32,000 bases of DNA from Desulfocapsa sulfexigens DSM 10523 (GCF_000341395.1 NC_020304.1:3180001-3212000), one strand, 5' to 3'; counted from the first letter of the stretch, positions 15,742 to 26,692 are shown. Numbers and translations are program-made. The notes: generated by a model from the sequence alone, not told the origin.

Positions 15742-15933
15742 TAGTGTACGATTTTCTCCTTGTTAAAAACTCACGTAAGAATAGTTAATCAGATCAATTT
15801 GAGGAAAACAAGTATTAAAAAATATTACTTAACACAAATGTGTAGCATGAGTTGTAATGAGTAAGCACTATGTCATATCAAGGTACTCATTGGATATAGA
15901 TTTCAAAACTTCCGAGAATTATAATTTTTGATA

Positions 15934-15963
15934 TTGACATTAACGCAATCTTGCGAGTATGTA
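15934..15963 (+). promoter_or_regulatory. Putative sigma70 promoter of the marR-efflux operon with an embedded inverted repeat (candidate MarR operator)
   Basis: The -35 is TTGACA (15934-15939), followed by an 18-nt spacer and a -10 TATGTA (15958-15963). The spacer contains CGCAA-tc-TTGCG (15944-15955). AAGGAGG lies at 15982-15988 before the ATG at 15995. Confidence 0.45.
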
Positions 15964-15994
15964 GTTGTCTGGTTAAACATTAAGGAGGCAACTA

Positions 15995-16432
15995 ATGGCC
16001 AAATGCGAAAGAAAACCTATTGGAAGACTGCTCTACATGACCGCCCAGGCTATGACTCTCCATGCGGAGAAAGTTCTCAAGCCTTACGATATGACGGTTG
16101 AGCAACTTCATATATTAAAGAACATGGATGAAAACACAGCTCTTTCCCATCAGGAACTCAGTAAAATTGTTCAGAAGAGTGCAGCCAACGTGACACGAAT
16201 TCTTGATCGCCTGGAAAGGAAAAATTATATACGAAGAGAAAAAAATCCTAAAGACAGGCGCTCCATTCTTGTCCTTATAACTGCACAAGGGAGGGATCTT
16301 GTTGCAGAGGTAAGTCTAGTCTTGGAAGCCTTCACCAAGCAGCTGACCAGAGGGATAACCATAGAGGAGCAGGATCTTTTTACTCAAATTCTCTGCACCA
16401 TGCAGGGTAACCTGGAGACAACTATAAAATGA
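15995..16432 (+). CDS. MarR-family transcriptional regulator
   Basis: A 145-aa protein whose wHTH region LSHQELSKIVQKSAANVTRILDRLERKNYIRREKNPKDRRSILVLITAQG is the classic MarR signature. There is a strong SD. The stop overlaps the next gene (ATGA). Confidence 0.9.
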   Translation: MAKCERKPIGRLLYMTAQAMTLHAEKVLKPYDMTVEQLHILKNMDENTALSHQELSKIVQKSAANVTRILDRLERKNYIRREKNPKDRRSILVLITAQGRDLVAEVSLVLEAFTKQLTRGITIEEQDLFTQILCTMQGNLETTIK

Positions 16433-17517
16433 CATACTTTACAATCCCCGTTCAGAAGAGCTTTTTCCTCCAAACCCTTTTTACCTCGCTTGTTCTTTTT
16501 CTTTTCTTTTCACCCCTTCATGCTCAGGAACAACCACCAGCTTCCGTGGTCGTTACAAAAGTTACCCAGGAGGCCATTGCCGAGACCCAGACAGTCATTG
16601 GTACTCTTTTTTATGACAGAATCAGCGATATATCCACTGAAGTGACTGGCCTTGTAGATGAGGTACTGGTTCGCCAAGGTGATCAGGTGAAACAGGGTGA
16701 TATCTTGGTTCGACTTGACACAAAGCTTCTCGACAGTGATATCTCCCTCAAGAAAACTCGTATAGCCCAGAATGATCTTAGGATGCAAAATACTGAGAAA
16801 AACTTCAAACGGCTGGAAATTCTCTACAAGGAATCCGGAGTCAGTGAAAAAGACTATGATGATGCCCGATACACCTTTGAGGATGCAAAACTTGAAAGAC
16901 AGGCACGCCAGGATGAGTTGTCCAATTTAATGATTAAAAAAGAACGATCGGTCATTTGTGCACCATTTACCGGTATTATTCTCACAAAGGATGTGGACAC
17001 AGGTGCATGGGTGCAGCAGGGTAGAAAACTTGTCTCTCTAGGTTCCAGTGCTGATCTTTTTGTCAAGGCACCAATAGGAGAGTCTTTGCTGCGTTTTTTT
17101 AACAAAGGACAAAAATTATCTGTCAGTATTGATGCTTTAGAACGAAAAGTTGACGGGATTGTTGAAGACATCGACCCGGTTGCTGACCTTAAGACCAAGA
17201 CAATTTTTGTTAAGATCCGGATTCCTGCTCAGGGTATAATAGCTGCGAATATGTCAGCAACAGTACACCTCCCTGCAAGCTTTGAGAAGAATCTCAGGAT
17301 AATCCCCCGTGCTGCACTTATCAAGTTTCAGGGAGAAGATTTTATTTACAGCATCAAAGATGACAAGGCAGCCATTATGCCGGTCCATATCGTTTCGTAT
17401 ATGGGTGACAAAGTAGGGGTGGACAGTCCTCATATCGTTGCTGGTATGCCTGTGGTGATCGAAGGGAATGAACGGCTGCGTCCAGATCAGGCTGTTCGGG
17501 TTACAGGAGAAAAGTAA
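16429..17517 (+). CDS. Efflux RND periplasmic adaptor subunit (membrane fusion protein, HlyD/AcrA family)
   Basis: It has an N-terminal anchor, a lipoyl-like motif (GLVDEVLVRQGDQVKQGDILVRLD...ICAPFTGII), a coiled-coil segment and a beta-barrel C-terminus. It is translationally coupled on both sides. Confidence 0.9.
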   Translation: MTYFTIPVQKSFFLQTLFTSLVLFLFFSPLHAQEQPPASVVVTKVTQEAIAETQTVIGTLFYDRISDISTEVTGLVDEVLVRQGDQVKQGDILVRLDTKLLDSDISLKKTRIAQNDLRMQNTEKNFKRLEILYKESGVSEKDYDDARYTFEDAKLERQARQDELSNLMIKKERSVICAPFTGIILTKDVDTGAWVQQGRKLVSLGSSADLFVKAPIGESLLRFFNKGQKLSVSIDALERKVDGIVEDIDPVADLKTKTIFVKIRIPAQGIIAANMSATVHLPASFEKNLRIIPRAALIKFQGEDFIYSIKDDKAAIMPVHIVSYMGDKVGVDSPHIVAGMPVVIEGNERLRPDQAVRVTGEK

Positions 17518-20500
17518 TGGATATTATACGATATTCTCTTGCTAAACCGGTGTCCATCACCGTGGGGGTGATACTTATACTGCTCTTCGGCCTTATCGGA
17601 TTCAATAAACTTCCGGTTCAACTCACACCCGATGTTGAGACTCCTCAAATAACTGTTAAGACAAACTGGGGAGGAGCTACTCCCTATGAAATTGAAAAAG
17701 AGATAATTGAGCAGCAGGAAGAGGTGTTGAAGGGACTTCAGGGACTGACCAAAATGGAAAGTTCAAGCTATAATGGCTACGGAGAGATTACCCTCTCTTT
17801 TGAACTTGACATTTCCCTTGATGACGCTCTTCTACGGGTTTCTAATAAAATCAATGAGATAAGTAATTATCCAGAGAATGTTAACCGTCCGGTCATTGAA
17901 TCTGCTGGGGCTAATGCCTCACCGGTTGTCTGGATGATGCTGAAACCGGTTGCTGAAAACTCCGAGTCAATAAACCATTACCGCAGTTATTTTGAAGATA
18001 ATGTGCGTCAGCATCTTGAAAGGGTGAGGGGAGTTGGGTCACTTTTTATTTTCGGAGGTACCCTCACCGAACTCCATATCACCTTGGATATGGATCGGAT
18101 GGCAAGCCATAATGTCTCCATTAATCACGTTATCGCTGCAGTTCGAAATGCCAACCAGAATCAATCAGCAGGAGTTTTAGGAATTGGTCGTAAAAACTAT
18201 CGCATCCGTACCCTTGGCCAGTTCCAGTCGCCAGCGGATGTACTGGATGTTGTTGTTTTTGACGATGGCATGCAGCGCGTCTATATCAGAGATATTGCCA
18301 CAGTTGATAAAGACTATGCCAAGGAAAACTTAGCTGTACTCCATAACGGAGAACCAGTTATTGTTGTTGGAGTACGAAAGGAACCCGGTACTAACGTGCT
18401 TGCCATGACCGATAGGTTGGAGCAGGAGGTGGAGAGACTCAATAAGACATTTCTTGCAGAGCAGGGGCTTTATATAGACTGGGTCTACGACCAGCGTCCC
18501 TATATCAATACCGCCATTGATCTGGTGAAGAGGAATGTTGCAATAGGCGGCCTGCTTGCTATCTGTGTCCTCCTGATTTTCTTACGCAGCATTCGCTCCA
18601 CTCTAACCACTGCCATTGCTATTCCCATATCAGCCATTGGCGCCTTTGGCTTTCTCTGGATTACCGGAAGAAACCTCAATGTCGTTTCTCTTGCCGGTAT
18701 TTCTTTTGCCGTTGGTATGCTGGTTGACAGTTCTATTGTCGTTCTCGAGAATATTGATCGCCATCGCAAACTTGGAAAATCTGCTTACAAGGCTGCATGG
18801 GAGGGTACTCAGGAGGTGTGGGGAGCTGTGTTTGCCTCGACCGCAACAACCGTTGCAGTCTTTCTTCCGATTATTTTTATGCAGGAAGAGGCAGGGCAGC
18901 TCTTTCGTGATATTGCTATTGCCATTACCTTCTCAATCCTACTCAGTCTTTTTGTCTCTGTCTCAGTTATCCCTACCATCTCCTATCAGTTATACAAAAA
19001 TAAAAAAGACAAACCACAGAATAGGATGCAGAAGAGTGTGGTCGGTCCATTTTTCGTAAACCTGATCATGCGTTTTTCAGATTTTTGTCTGAAAAACATG
19101 TTCAATCGACTGCTTACAATATTTGCTTTCACCTCCTTTTCAGTGTGCCTTATCTTTTTACTCCTTCCGAGTGCAGAATATCTTCCCCAGGGGAACCGTA
19201 ACCTTATCCTTAACATTCTCATTCCACCACCTGGATATTCTGTAGAAAAGATGCAGGAGCTCGGAACATACATTTATGAGGAAGCGGAACCCTATTTCAA
19301 GGAAGATGGTAAGGATGGCATTCCGCAACTCAAAAATATGTTTTTTGTTGGAGCTGATCGTTTCACACTCTTTGGCGGAATTTCCACCCACGAGACAAAG
19401 GGAGCTGAGATGATGCCTCTTTTCAACCGAATAATGCGTTCCATTCCTGGTGTTTTTGGTGTCAGTCTCCAGGCAGGTATCTTCGAGAGTGGAATTGGCA
19501 AGGGGCGAACGGTGGATGTAAATATTGCCGGAGAAGACATTGATCAGATTGTTGCCGCAGGCAGGGTACTGTTTGGAACTATCAGTGCCAAAATACCCTC
19601 CTCGCAGGTACGGCCAGTTCCATCACTTGAGGTCAGTTATCCAGAAATTCAGGTACTTCCCAACAAAGAAAAGCTGGCAGCAAGCGGTATGACGGAATAT
19701 GACCTTGGAACTTACATTGATATTCTTATGGATGGACGCAAGATTGATGAATTTCGCCCTGAGGGAAGCAAACAAAAGGATCTTATTCTCACCGGTAGAG
19801 AGACGCGCTTTTCGTCACCTGAAAATATCCTTAAGGCAAATATTGTCAACGGTCTTGGCAGTCTTATCCGGGTAGGTGATGTTGCAGAGATGGCCTACAG
19901 TCAGGGCATACCCCAGATCAACCATCTGGAAAGAAAGCGTACTATCACTCTGCAGGTAACTCCCCCACAGGATGTTGCTCTGCAGGATGCCATGAATATT
20001 ATTGAGAATGAAGCTGTCGCATCGTTAAAAGCTGCAGGCCAACTCAAAGGAGTTGATATCACCATTGGTGGTAATGCGGATAAGCTTAGTGCAGCCCGCT
20101 TGGCTCTGCAGTGGAATCTATTGCTGGCCCTGCTGATCACTTATTTACTTATGGCAGCACTTTTTGAAAATTTTCTTTATCCTTTTATTATTATGTTTTC
20201 TATTCCTCTGGCAGCGGCTGGTGGGTTTGTCGGCCTGTGGACGGTGAACACCCTTATTGCCCCTCAGGGATTTGATGTTCTGGCCATGCTTGGTTTTATT
20301 ATCCTTGTTGGAACCGTGGTGAACAATGCGATCCTTATTGTCCATCAGTCACTGAACAACGTCCGTTTTAATAACATGCAGGGTGTCGTTGCTATTTCTG
20401 AAGCTGTTCGCACCAGGATTCGCCCCATCTTTATGAGTGCTACTACTTCTGTTCTCGGTATGCTGCCCCTGGTTCTCTCGACAGGGGCTGGCTCTGAACT

Positions 20501-20630
20501 CTATCGAGGTCTTGGAGCTATTCTTCTTGGAGGACTTGCACTCTCAACACTCCTCACCCTCTTTGTTATTCCGGCCCTGTTATCCTTTGTTATCAAGTTT
20601 GAAGGGAGTCGTCACCATGAAAGTATTTAG
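17517..20630 (+). CDS. Efflux RND permease (AcrB/AcrD/AcrF-type, 12 TM)
   Basis: At 1037 aa it has the typical N-terminus (RYSLAKPV...LPVQLTPDVETPQITV) and duplicated TM bundles (SLAGISFAVGMLVDSSIVVLENI and MLGFIILVGTVVNNAILIV). The start overlaps the MFP stop (TAATG). Confidence 0.95.
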   Translation: MDIIRYSLAKPVSITVGVILILLFGLIGFNKLPVQLTPDVETPQITVKTNWGGATPYEIEKEIIEQQEEVLKGLQGLTKMESSSYNGYGEITLSFELDISLDDALLRVSNKINEISNYPENVNRPVIESAGANASPVVWMMLKPVAENSESINHYRSYFEDNVRQHLERVRGVGSLFIFGGTLTELHITLDMDRMASHNVSINHVIAAVRNANQNQSAGVLGIGRKNYRIRTLGQFQSPADVLDVVVFDDGMQRVYIRDIATVDKDYAKENLAVLHNGEPVIVVGVRKEPGTNVLAMTDRLEQEVERLNKTFLAEQGLYIDWVYDQRPYINTAIDLVKRNVAIGGLLAICVLLIFLRSIRSTLTTAIAIPISAIGAFGFLWITGRNLNVVSLAGISFAVGMLVDSSIVVLENIDRHRKLGKSAYKAAWEGTQEVWGAVFASTATTVAVFLPIIFMQEEAGQLFRDIAIAITFSILLSLFVSVSVIPTISYQLYKNKKDKPQNRMQKSVVGPFFVNLIMRFSDFCLKNMFNRLLTIFAFTSFSVCLIFLLLPSAEYLPQGNRNLILNILIPPPGYSVEKMQELGTYIYEEAEPYFKEDGKDGIPQLKNMFFVGADRFTLFGGISTHETKGAEMMPLFNRIMRSIPGVFGVSLQAGIFESGIGKGRTVDVNIAGEDIDQIVAAGRVLFGTISAKIPSSQVRPVPSLEVSYPEIQVLPNKEKLAASGMTEYDLGTYIDILMDGRKIDEFRPEGSKQKDLILTGRETRFSSPENILKANIVNGLGSLIRVGDVAEMAYSQGIPQINHLERKRTITLQVTPPQDVALQDAMNIIENEAVASLKAAGQLKGVDITIGGNADKLSAARLALQWNLLLALLITYLLMAALFENFLYPFIIMFSIPLAAAGGFVGLWTVNTLIAPQGFDVLAMLGFIILVGTVVNNAILIVHQSLNNVRFNNMQGVVAISEAVRTRIRPIFMSATTSVLGMLPLVLSTGAGSELYRGLGAILLGGLALSTLLTLFVIPALLSFVIKFEGSRHHESI

Positions 20631-21894
20631 CATTTTCCCACTGTTCCTTCTCTTTCTGACAGTATCCTCTCAGGCAATGGACCTTGTCGAAATGCAGAAG
20701 AGTGCTGTCGAAAATCGTGAAATCATTAAACGTTACCAGGTTACCGTGGAGAAAAGTGATCAGGAGATAGCGCGTGTACAGAGCGCTTATTATCCATCGC
20801 TGGATATAGGATATCGCGCAACCAGTCTCGATAAGCCAGTTACCTACCCATATCGTGAGAACAGCTCTCTCTACGGCGCGCTTAGCATGAATATTTTTTC
20901 AGGATTTCGTGACAGGTATTCTATTCAGTCTGCACGGATTCTGCGAGAGGTAGAAGGCCATAGATTGCACAGTATTGAACAGGATATTCAGCTTAATGTG
21001 GCTCTTCGTTATCTGAATGTTTATGAAAACCGGGCAAGTCTCACTGTGACACAGGATGCACAAAAAACACTTGAACGCATTTACCAGGACGGACAGCGAC
21101 GGTTAGAGGTAGGTCTCATCGGGAAAAATGAACTGTTAAAATTCAAAGTTGATCTGGATAACGCAAACATCACTCTCCAGAAAAGACAGGCAGATCTGGA
21201 TAAGAGTGTTCAGTTGTTGGGGCGGGAGATCAACAAACCTACGCTGCTCCTCGGTGAACTGAGTTTCCACGAATTCTCCCTACTTCCCAGAGTTGAAAAT
21301 CAGGAACTCTGTAGAGAAAAAATGTTCAGCAATCGCTCTGAACTCCTGGCCTTGGAAGGACTGACCCAGTCAGCTTCCCTGCAGGTGAAAGCGGAACGGG
21401 GAAACTATTACCCCAGGATCGATATTGTCGGAAGTTATTCACGCTATGATGATGATTTTATAAATGGGAACGGAGAACTGAACAATGATGAACTTCAGGC
21501 TCAATTGCTGCTCTCTTACAACCTCTTCGACGGATTTTCACGTGAGGCCACAATTTCCAAAGCAAAATTGAATATTCGTGAAATTCAATATGACCATGCA
21601 GAACTAAAAAACAGCCTGGAGACAGATCTCAGCAATCTCTTTATCGATTACCGGGTGAGCATGGCAAATGTGGAGGTGGCCAGAGAAGATATCAGACATG
21701 CAGAAGAAAATCTTCGAATTACTCAGCTTAAGTACACAGAAGGACTACAGCGGGAATCGGATTTGCTTGACGCTGTAACCAATCTTTCCCGGGCGCGCTA
21801 CAATGAGGTCGCTGTCATTAGAGCGCTGTTTGAAAACACCTTCCGCATTACCCGCATGATTGAGGGCTTTCAGTTCCGAAGCGGAAAATCTTAA
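20617..21894 (+). CDS. TolC-family outer-membrane efflux factor
   Basis: I place the start at internal Met61 of the ORF: signal peptide MKVFSIFPLFLLFLTVSSQA, with the GAAGGGAG SD 8 nt upstream. Two OEP repeats are present (YYPSLDIGY..., YYPRIDIVGSY...). It overlaps the RND stop by 14 nt. Confidence 0.9.
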   Translation: MKVFSIFPLFLLFLTVSSQAMDLVEMQKSAVENREIIKRYQVTVEKSDQEIARVQSAYYPSLDIGYRATSLDKPVTYPYRENSSLYGALSMNIFSGFRDRYSIQSARILREVEGHRLHSIEQDIQLNVALRYLNVYENRASLTVTQDAQKTLERIYQDGQRRLEVGLIGKNELLKFKVDLDNANITLQKRQADLDKSVQLLGREINKPTLLLGELSFHEFSLLPRVENQELCREKMFSNRSELLALEGLTQSASLQVKAERGNYYPRIDIVGSYSRYDDDFINGNGELNNDELQAQLLLSYNLFDGFSREATISKAKLNIREIQYDHAELKNSLETDLSNLFIDYRVSMANVEVAREDIRHAEENLRITQLKYTEGLQRESDLLDAVTNLSRARYNEVAVIRALFENTFRITRMIEGFQFRSGKS

Positions 21895-22043
21895 AAGCAC
21901 TCAAAAATGAACGTTGTGTGGTCTGCCATCACCATACTTTTTTAGTCGGAAGCATGGTTCAAAGAGTAACATTCCTTGTCTTGTTCGAAGGGAAACTGGG
22001 TTTCATAAACCTGTGTAGACAATCGGTTCCACCTCAAAATCAA

Positions 22044-25016
22044 TCAGGCCAACTGCTCGCGTATGGTTCTGCTTAGGTGATTGATGGGGCAGGGCTTGTT
22101 GAGCACTACTCCATGCACCTGTTTCATATGTTTAGTCAACGGGCCCTTGGAGTCGTAACCGGTGAAGTAGATAACCTTCACATCCCGGTTGAATTGACGC
22201 ATCTTTTTCGCGGCTTCGAGGCCACTCATGTTGGGCATCACAACATCCATAATTACCAGATCAATATGGTCGTGATTGGTGACAAAGAGATCAAGGGCTT
22301 CCTTGCCATCGTTTGCAATTTTCACCAGGTAGCCAAGCTTGGTTAAAATCGCCTTGTTTGTTGACTGAAGCTGTAAATTATCCTCGACCAAAAGAATTGT
22401 TTCACCTTTTCCTGGGAATAGCTCGTAACTTTCCTTGTCCATCTGAACGGCAGGGGCTTCTTCGAGGGGTAAATACACCCTGAAGCAACTTCCCTTGCCA
22501 ACAGTGCTGTCTACCTCCACAACGCCGCCATGGTCTCTGACGGTTCCATAAACCATGGCAAGACCGAGACCCGTCCCCTTATCCACCGCTTTGGTGGTAA
22601 AAAATGGATCGAATAGTTGCTCAAGGTTCTCGGGTGGAATTCCTTCACCATTATCCTGCACTTCCAGTACTGCAAAACGGTCGGAGGAAATTCTTAGATT
22701 TTGGTGTTTGGCAAAAAAATCCTCATTTGATTCAAAAGAAGACAGACTTACAGAAATTTTTGGATTCTTCACATCTGCCACAGCATCCTTGGCATTATTC
22801 ACTAGATTGAACAAAAGTTGTTGTAGCTGTGTTGAGTTGGCATAAACGGAGATTTTATCATTACAAACATGATAATTAAAGTTGATATTTTCTTCCACCC
22901 CGATTCTGATCAGTTTGATTGCTTCCTTGAAAAAAGGCGTCAGGGGTAGGGAGGACTTGAGAACGGTTTCTTGCCTGGAAAAGGCTAGAAGCTGTTTGAT
23001 CATATCTGCAGCACGACAGCCAAGATCACTGATCAACGTGAGAGATTTATTCAATTCTTCAGGATTTTTGCATGAGTGTTGGGCTAGAAAAACCGAGCCG
23101 AGGATTCCTGCCAACATATTATTGAAATCATGAGCAATACCACCGACAAGGGTGCCAAGCGCTTCCATTTTTTGCGCCTGGCGAAAGTTTTTTTCACTCT
23201 TTTGAAGTTCAGAAGTTCGGATTGCAACTAATTCTTCCAATTCTTCTTGTATTCGAGTTAGTTCCGCATTGGCAGCAAGTGCTTCCTTTTGGGCTACCTG
23301 AATCTCTTTTTTTTGTCGCCTGATCTGGACATTCCATAATCCCACTACAATTAATAGGACAAGAAAACCCAATGAAATTTTTATGATTAGTGCATAATCT
23401 TTGATAGGATCATACTCTAAAATTAACCATTTCTCTGAAATGAGTCTTCGCTGCTTGTCGCTTATGGAGTCCAGCCCTTTTTGAAGAATACCAACCAACT
23501 CGGGCCAATCGCTGCGTACTGCAAAGTGAAGGCTCTGTAGCTCCTGAGAAACCGGTGCTGCCACTTTGAGATTACTTAGATTCATCTTCCTGATCCAGTA
23601 GGTCGCAGAGGCAACATTTCCTATAAATGCTTCAACTTCGCCATTGTTAAGAGCCAGTAGTGATTCTCGAAGTGTTGGAAACTGCACCGGCGCAATGGAG
23701 GTATACTCCTTGAGGTAACCTGCATGCGAGGTGTTGGTCTGGACTGCTACTCGCAGGGAGCGAATATCATGAAGACTTGAGATGAAAGGCATATCGTTAC
23801 GAGTAATGATCACCCGGTGAAAATTGATATAGGGCTTAGTAAAGTTGAGAAAAGCTTTACGCTCATCGGTGATGCCGACGCAGGGAAGAATGTCGATGCT
23901 ATCTTTTTTTACGCCTTCAATCGCTTCTGTCCAGCTAAGCCCCTTTACTACCTGCATGTTAAGCCCTAGCCGTTTGTTGAGTATCTGGATAAAATCTGAT
24001 GTCATCCCGCTATAGATACCATTCTCCATGAACTCAAATGGAGCAAATTCAGGATCAATACCGAGGCGAATGACGGGGTGCTGTTGGATAAATAGTTTTT
24101 CTTGCTGAGTAAGCATAATGACAATATTGTCATCTGGAGCAGGCTCAAGCCAGCGTCGCACTATCTGTTGTTTTTGATGATCCGGTATTGACTGGAGGGC
24201 TTTATTGAGAATTGAGGTCAGTTCCGGCCAGTCATCTCTTACCCCGATGGAAAAGGCCTGGACGGGAATGTCGATAAAACCGGAAATATGCAGGGATGGT
24301 AGAGAAAATTCCTTCAGTATGTAGGCGGTGGTACCGGTGTCGGAGATCATGGCCGTCGTTGTTCCATCTACTACTGATTTTAGTCCCTCCATCACGTTTT
24401 TCACAAAATATGGTTGAATAGCCGGATTATTTTCGAGGACCTGTTTTGTTGAAATATAATTTTCAACCAAGGCGACTTTTTTACCTGTAAGGTCAGAAAG
24501 TGTCTGCGTGGGAGGAAGACCTTCTCGAGATATTATCGCAATTTGATAGCGGACATATGGAGCGGTAAAGGTGAGGTATTCTGAACGTTTAGGCGAGGCG
24601 GTGACCAGGGGTAGTAAGTCGATTTTTTTTTCTTTGGCCTGGTTGAGGATCTCGGACCAACTCAGACCCAATGCCATCTCAAACCTGATACCGAGGATTT
24701 TTGAAAGTTCTTTTAGATAATCACTTGAAATGCCACTGTGTTGGTTATATTGATTAATAAACTCATACGGTGGGAATTCAGCATCCACACCAATTCGAAT
24801 TACCGGATGTCGATCCAGCCAGGCGCGCTCATGCTCGGTAAGATTTACTGCCACGGAAAATCCTTGGTTTTCTTGCGTTGTTCCGAGAGAATCAGCAAAA
24901 GCAGTGGCGACAACTATCCACCATAAAATAAAGAAGATCGAAAGAAAGCGTATTGGCCATACAACTTTAGCATGGGGGCTTGTGTTTTTATTTGACAATA
25001 CGGATAGGTGGAGCAT
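22044..25016 (-). CDS. Hybrid sensor histidine kinase with two periplasmic solute-binding (SBP_bac_3-like) domains, one TM, a coiled coil, HisKA-HATPase and REC
   Basis: Two repeats of the [14 protein letters not shown] / [14 protein letters not shown] type carry the SDF/SDY and W.E motifs of family-3 SBPs. The TM is [15 protein letters not shown] and the H-box [11 protein letters not shown]-boxes are DNGEGI and GTGLGLA. The receiver has ILLVEDN...[14 protein letters not shown]...NKP. Confidence 0.9.
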   Translation of the reverse strand: MLHLSVLSNKNTSPHAKVVWPIRFLSIFFILWWIVVATAFADSLGTTQENQGFSVAVNLTEHERAWLDRHPVIRIGVDAEFPPYEFINQYNQHSGISSDYLKELSKILGIRFEMALGLSWSEILNQAKEKKIDLLPLVTASPKRSEYLTFTAPYVRYQIAIISREGLPPTQTLSDLTGKKVALVENYISTKQVLENNPAIQPYFVKNVMEGLKSVVDGTTTAMISDTGTTAYILKEFSLPSLHISGFIDIPVQAFSIGVRDDWPELTSILNKALQSIPDHQKQQIVRRWLEPAPDDNIVIMLTQQEKLFIQQHPVIRLGIDPEFAPFEFMENGIYSGMTSDFIQILNKRLGLNMQVVKGLSWTEAIEGVKKDSIDILPCVGITDERKAFLNFTKPYINFHRVIITRNDMPFISSLHDIRSLRVAVQTNTSHAGYLKEYTSIAPVQFPTLRESLLALNNGEVEAFIGNVASATYWIRKMNLSNLKVAAPVSQELQSLHFAVRSDWPELVGILQKGLDSISDKQRRLISEKWLILEYDPIKDYALIIKISLGFLVLLIVVGLWNVQIRRQKKEIQVAQKEALAANAELTRIQEELEELVAIRTSELQKSEKNFRQAQKMEALGTLVGGIAHDFNNMLAGILGSVFLAQHSCKNPEELNKSLTLISDLGCRAADMIKQLLAFSRQETVLKSSLPLTPFFKEAIKLIRIGVEENINFNYHVCNDKISVYANSTQLQQLLFNLVNNAKDAVADVKNPKISVSLSSFESNEDFFAKHQNLRISSDRFAVLEVQDNGEGIPPENLEQLFDPFFTTKAVDKGTGLGLAMVYGTVRDHGGVVEVDSTVGKGSCFRVYLPLEEAPAVQMDKESYELFPGKGETILLVEDNLQLQSTNKAILTKLGYLVKIANDGKEALDLFVTNHDHIDLVIMDVVMPNMSGLEAAKKMRQFNRDVKVIYFTGYDSKGPLTKHMKQVHGVVLNKPCPINHLSRTIREQLA

Positions 25017-25375
25017 TTTCTTCTCTCCGGCAGGTAGTACATCAGTTGTTTAACGATAAAATATTTCACGCCAACGTACTGACCACAGACGCCATGAGCG
25101 CAAGTGAATCTTGTATGTTCTGTGGATGGGGTAATAGGTAGTAGAACACAGGGGCTTAATGCACACCATCTAATTTTATCTGTAATTAAACAAATAAGAT
25201 ATCTTTACAGTAGCTTATCAAAATACTGTATAGTTTTAAAGGAATTTTTTAAATGCAAAGGATTGTTTCGTGTAGAAAAACAGGCCGATATCGGTAAAAT
25301 TGGTTACTGTTGCATCGCTAGATCAAGAAAGGCGAAAACCCTTCAATCACAATTCATTACAGTCGGAATGATGGT

Positions 25376-26449
25376 TTAAGGTGCTGATGCTTTAAATTCA
25401 TTAATACGATCACAAAAATCCCTGATGTGTTCGTCGCTGGTTGCAAAGGATGTCACCAGCCGTACAAAGACATCTTCGTCCCTGAGAGTATAGTTGTTCG
25501 GCAGAGTTTGGATGGGCCATTGGTAAAATTCGGCACCTTCTGCCTGCAGTCTTTCAGCCAATTGTCTGGGCATGGTAATAAAAATTTCGTTTGCCTGGCA
25601 TGGCCAGACAGGAACTATTTCCTGAAAAACTTTTAGTGCCCTGGCTAATTGCTGTGCCTTGGCGTTGGCATGTGTGGCCAGCTCCAGCCAATGGTTGTTC
25701 TTCAACCAGCCAACAAATTGGGCACCAAACAAACGGCCTTTTGAAAGAAGGTGTCCCGATCGTTTTCTACGATGGATAAAATTCTCTGCAAGGTCCTGCC
25801 TGAAGAAAACAACTGCTTCAGCAGCAAGGGCTCCGCATTTTGTTGCACCAAGGCTAAGGACATCAACGCCGGCTTTCCAGCTTATATCCGCAAATGTACA
25901 TCCAAGAGAGGCCACAGCATTGGCAAAGCGTGCCCCATCCATATGGACATGAAGACCGTTTTCATGGGCAAGGGAACAAAGGGATGAGATTTCCACCTCA
26001 GTGTACACTTGCCCTGCCTCATTTGTTTGAGTGATACTTAGGGCTTTGGCAGAGGGTGTGTGTGGGATCTCAGGGGAAACATTTCGAAAGAATTTTTTCA
26101 AATGTCTGATTTCCAGTTTTCCGGCATGTTGTGTCAAAGGAATAAGACGGCTACCTCCTGAGAAAAATTCAGGGGCCGTGGATTCATCAAGTAGAATATG
26201 AGAATGGTGGTGGCAAAGGATGGTTTCCCAAGGTTGTACCATACAAGAGAGGGCAAGAGCGTTCGCTGCTGTCCCGGTTGCCACAAAAAAAACATCAAGT
26301 TTACAGCCAAATACATCCATTAAAGCATCTTCTGCTTTTTCGCACCAATTGTCATTTCCGTAGCCGTGGGTAAATCCATGGTTTGCCTCTAACAATGCGT
26401 CAAGTACAGGCTGAGATGCCCCGGCTTGATTGTCACTTCCAAATTGCAT
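25376..26449 (-). CDS. ltaE: Low-specificity L-threonine aldolase (PLP-dependent, beta-eliminating lyase family)
   Basis: The N-terminus is FGSDNQAGASQPVLDAL..AN......YGND, with GTAANALAL, HVHMDGARFANA and the PLP-Lys context LSLGATKCGA. The SD is AGGAGA. Confidence 0.8.
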   Translation of the reverse strand: MQFGSDNQAGASQPVLDALLEANHGFTHGYGNDNWCEKAEDALMDVFGCKLDVFFVATGTAANALALSCMVQPWETILCHHHSHILLDESTAPEFFSGGSRLIPLTQHAGKLEIRHLKKFFRNVSPEIPHTPSAKALSITQTNEAGQVYTEVEISSLCSLAHENGLHVHMDGARFANAVASLGCTFADISWKAGVDVLSLGATKCGALAAEAVVFFRQDLAENFIHRRKRSGHLLSKGRLFGAQFVGWLKNNHWLELATHANAKAQQLARALKVFQEIVPVWPCQANEIFITMPRQLAERLQAEGAEFYQWPIQTLPNNYTLRDEDVFVRLVTSFATSDEHIRDFCDRINEFKASAP

Positions 26450-26692
26450 CTTATCTCCTGATTCTAATACTTGTTATATGGCAGATATGGGTTTTCTCTT
26501 CCGGGAAGGGAAGGTGTTCTTATTATGATGTGAGAATAAAAGATGCTGTTTACCGGGTCAATATATAAGATGAGGGTTAAAAAAATGAAAAAGGGAGAAA
26601 GTTTCTTTTTTTTCTTCCATTCCATAAGAAATTGTTGCTACTCTCAAAGGTGTGGTTAAAGCAATTTACTTATCCAGCAAGGAGTATTAAAA

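Noticed and set aside
24623-24631. An A9/T9 homopolymer inside the 990-aa kinase coding sequence (encoding KEKK), as a slipped-strand phase-variation tract
   Set aside because: It is a single modest-length tract encoding Lys codons in an A+T-leaning genome. Similar T8 or A8 runs occur in neutral intergenic DNA (26603, 28253, 29889). There is no evidence of variation from one sequence.
25104-25379. A 91-aa ORF in the 359-bp gap between ltaE and the 990-aa kinase
   Set aside because: It has a GTG start without an SD, no recognisable motif, and low-complexity, Cys/Ile/Lys-rich sequence. Its end runs into the stop region of ltaE on the other strand. It is probably non-coding promoter DNA for the kinase.
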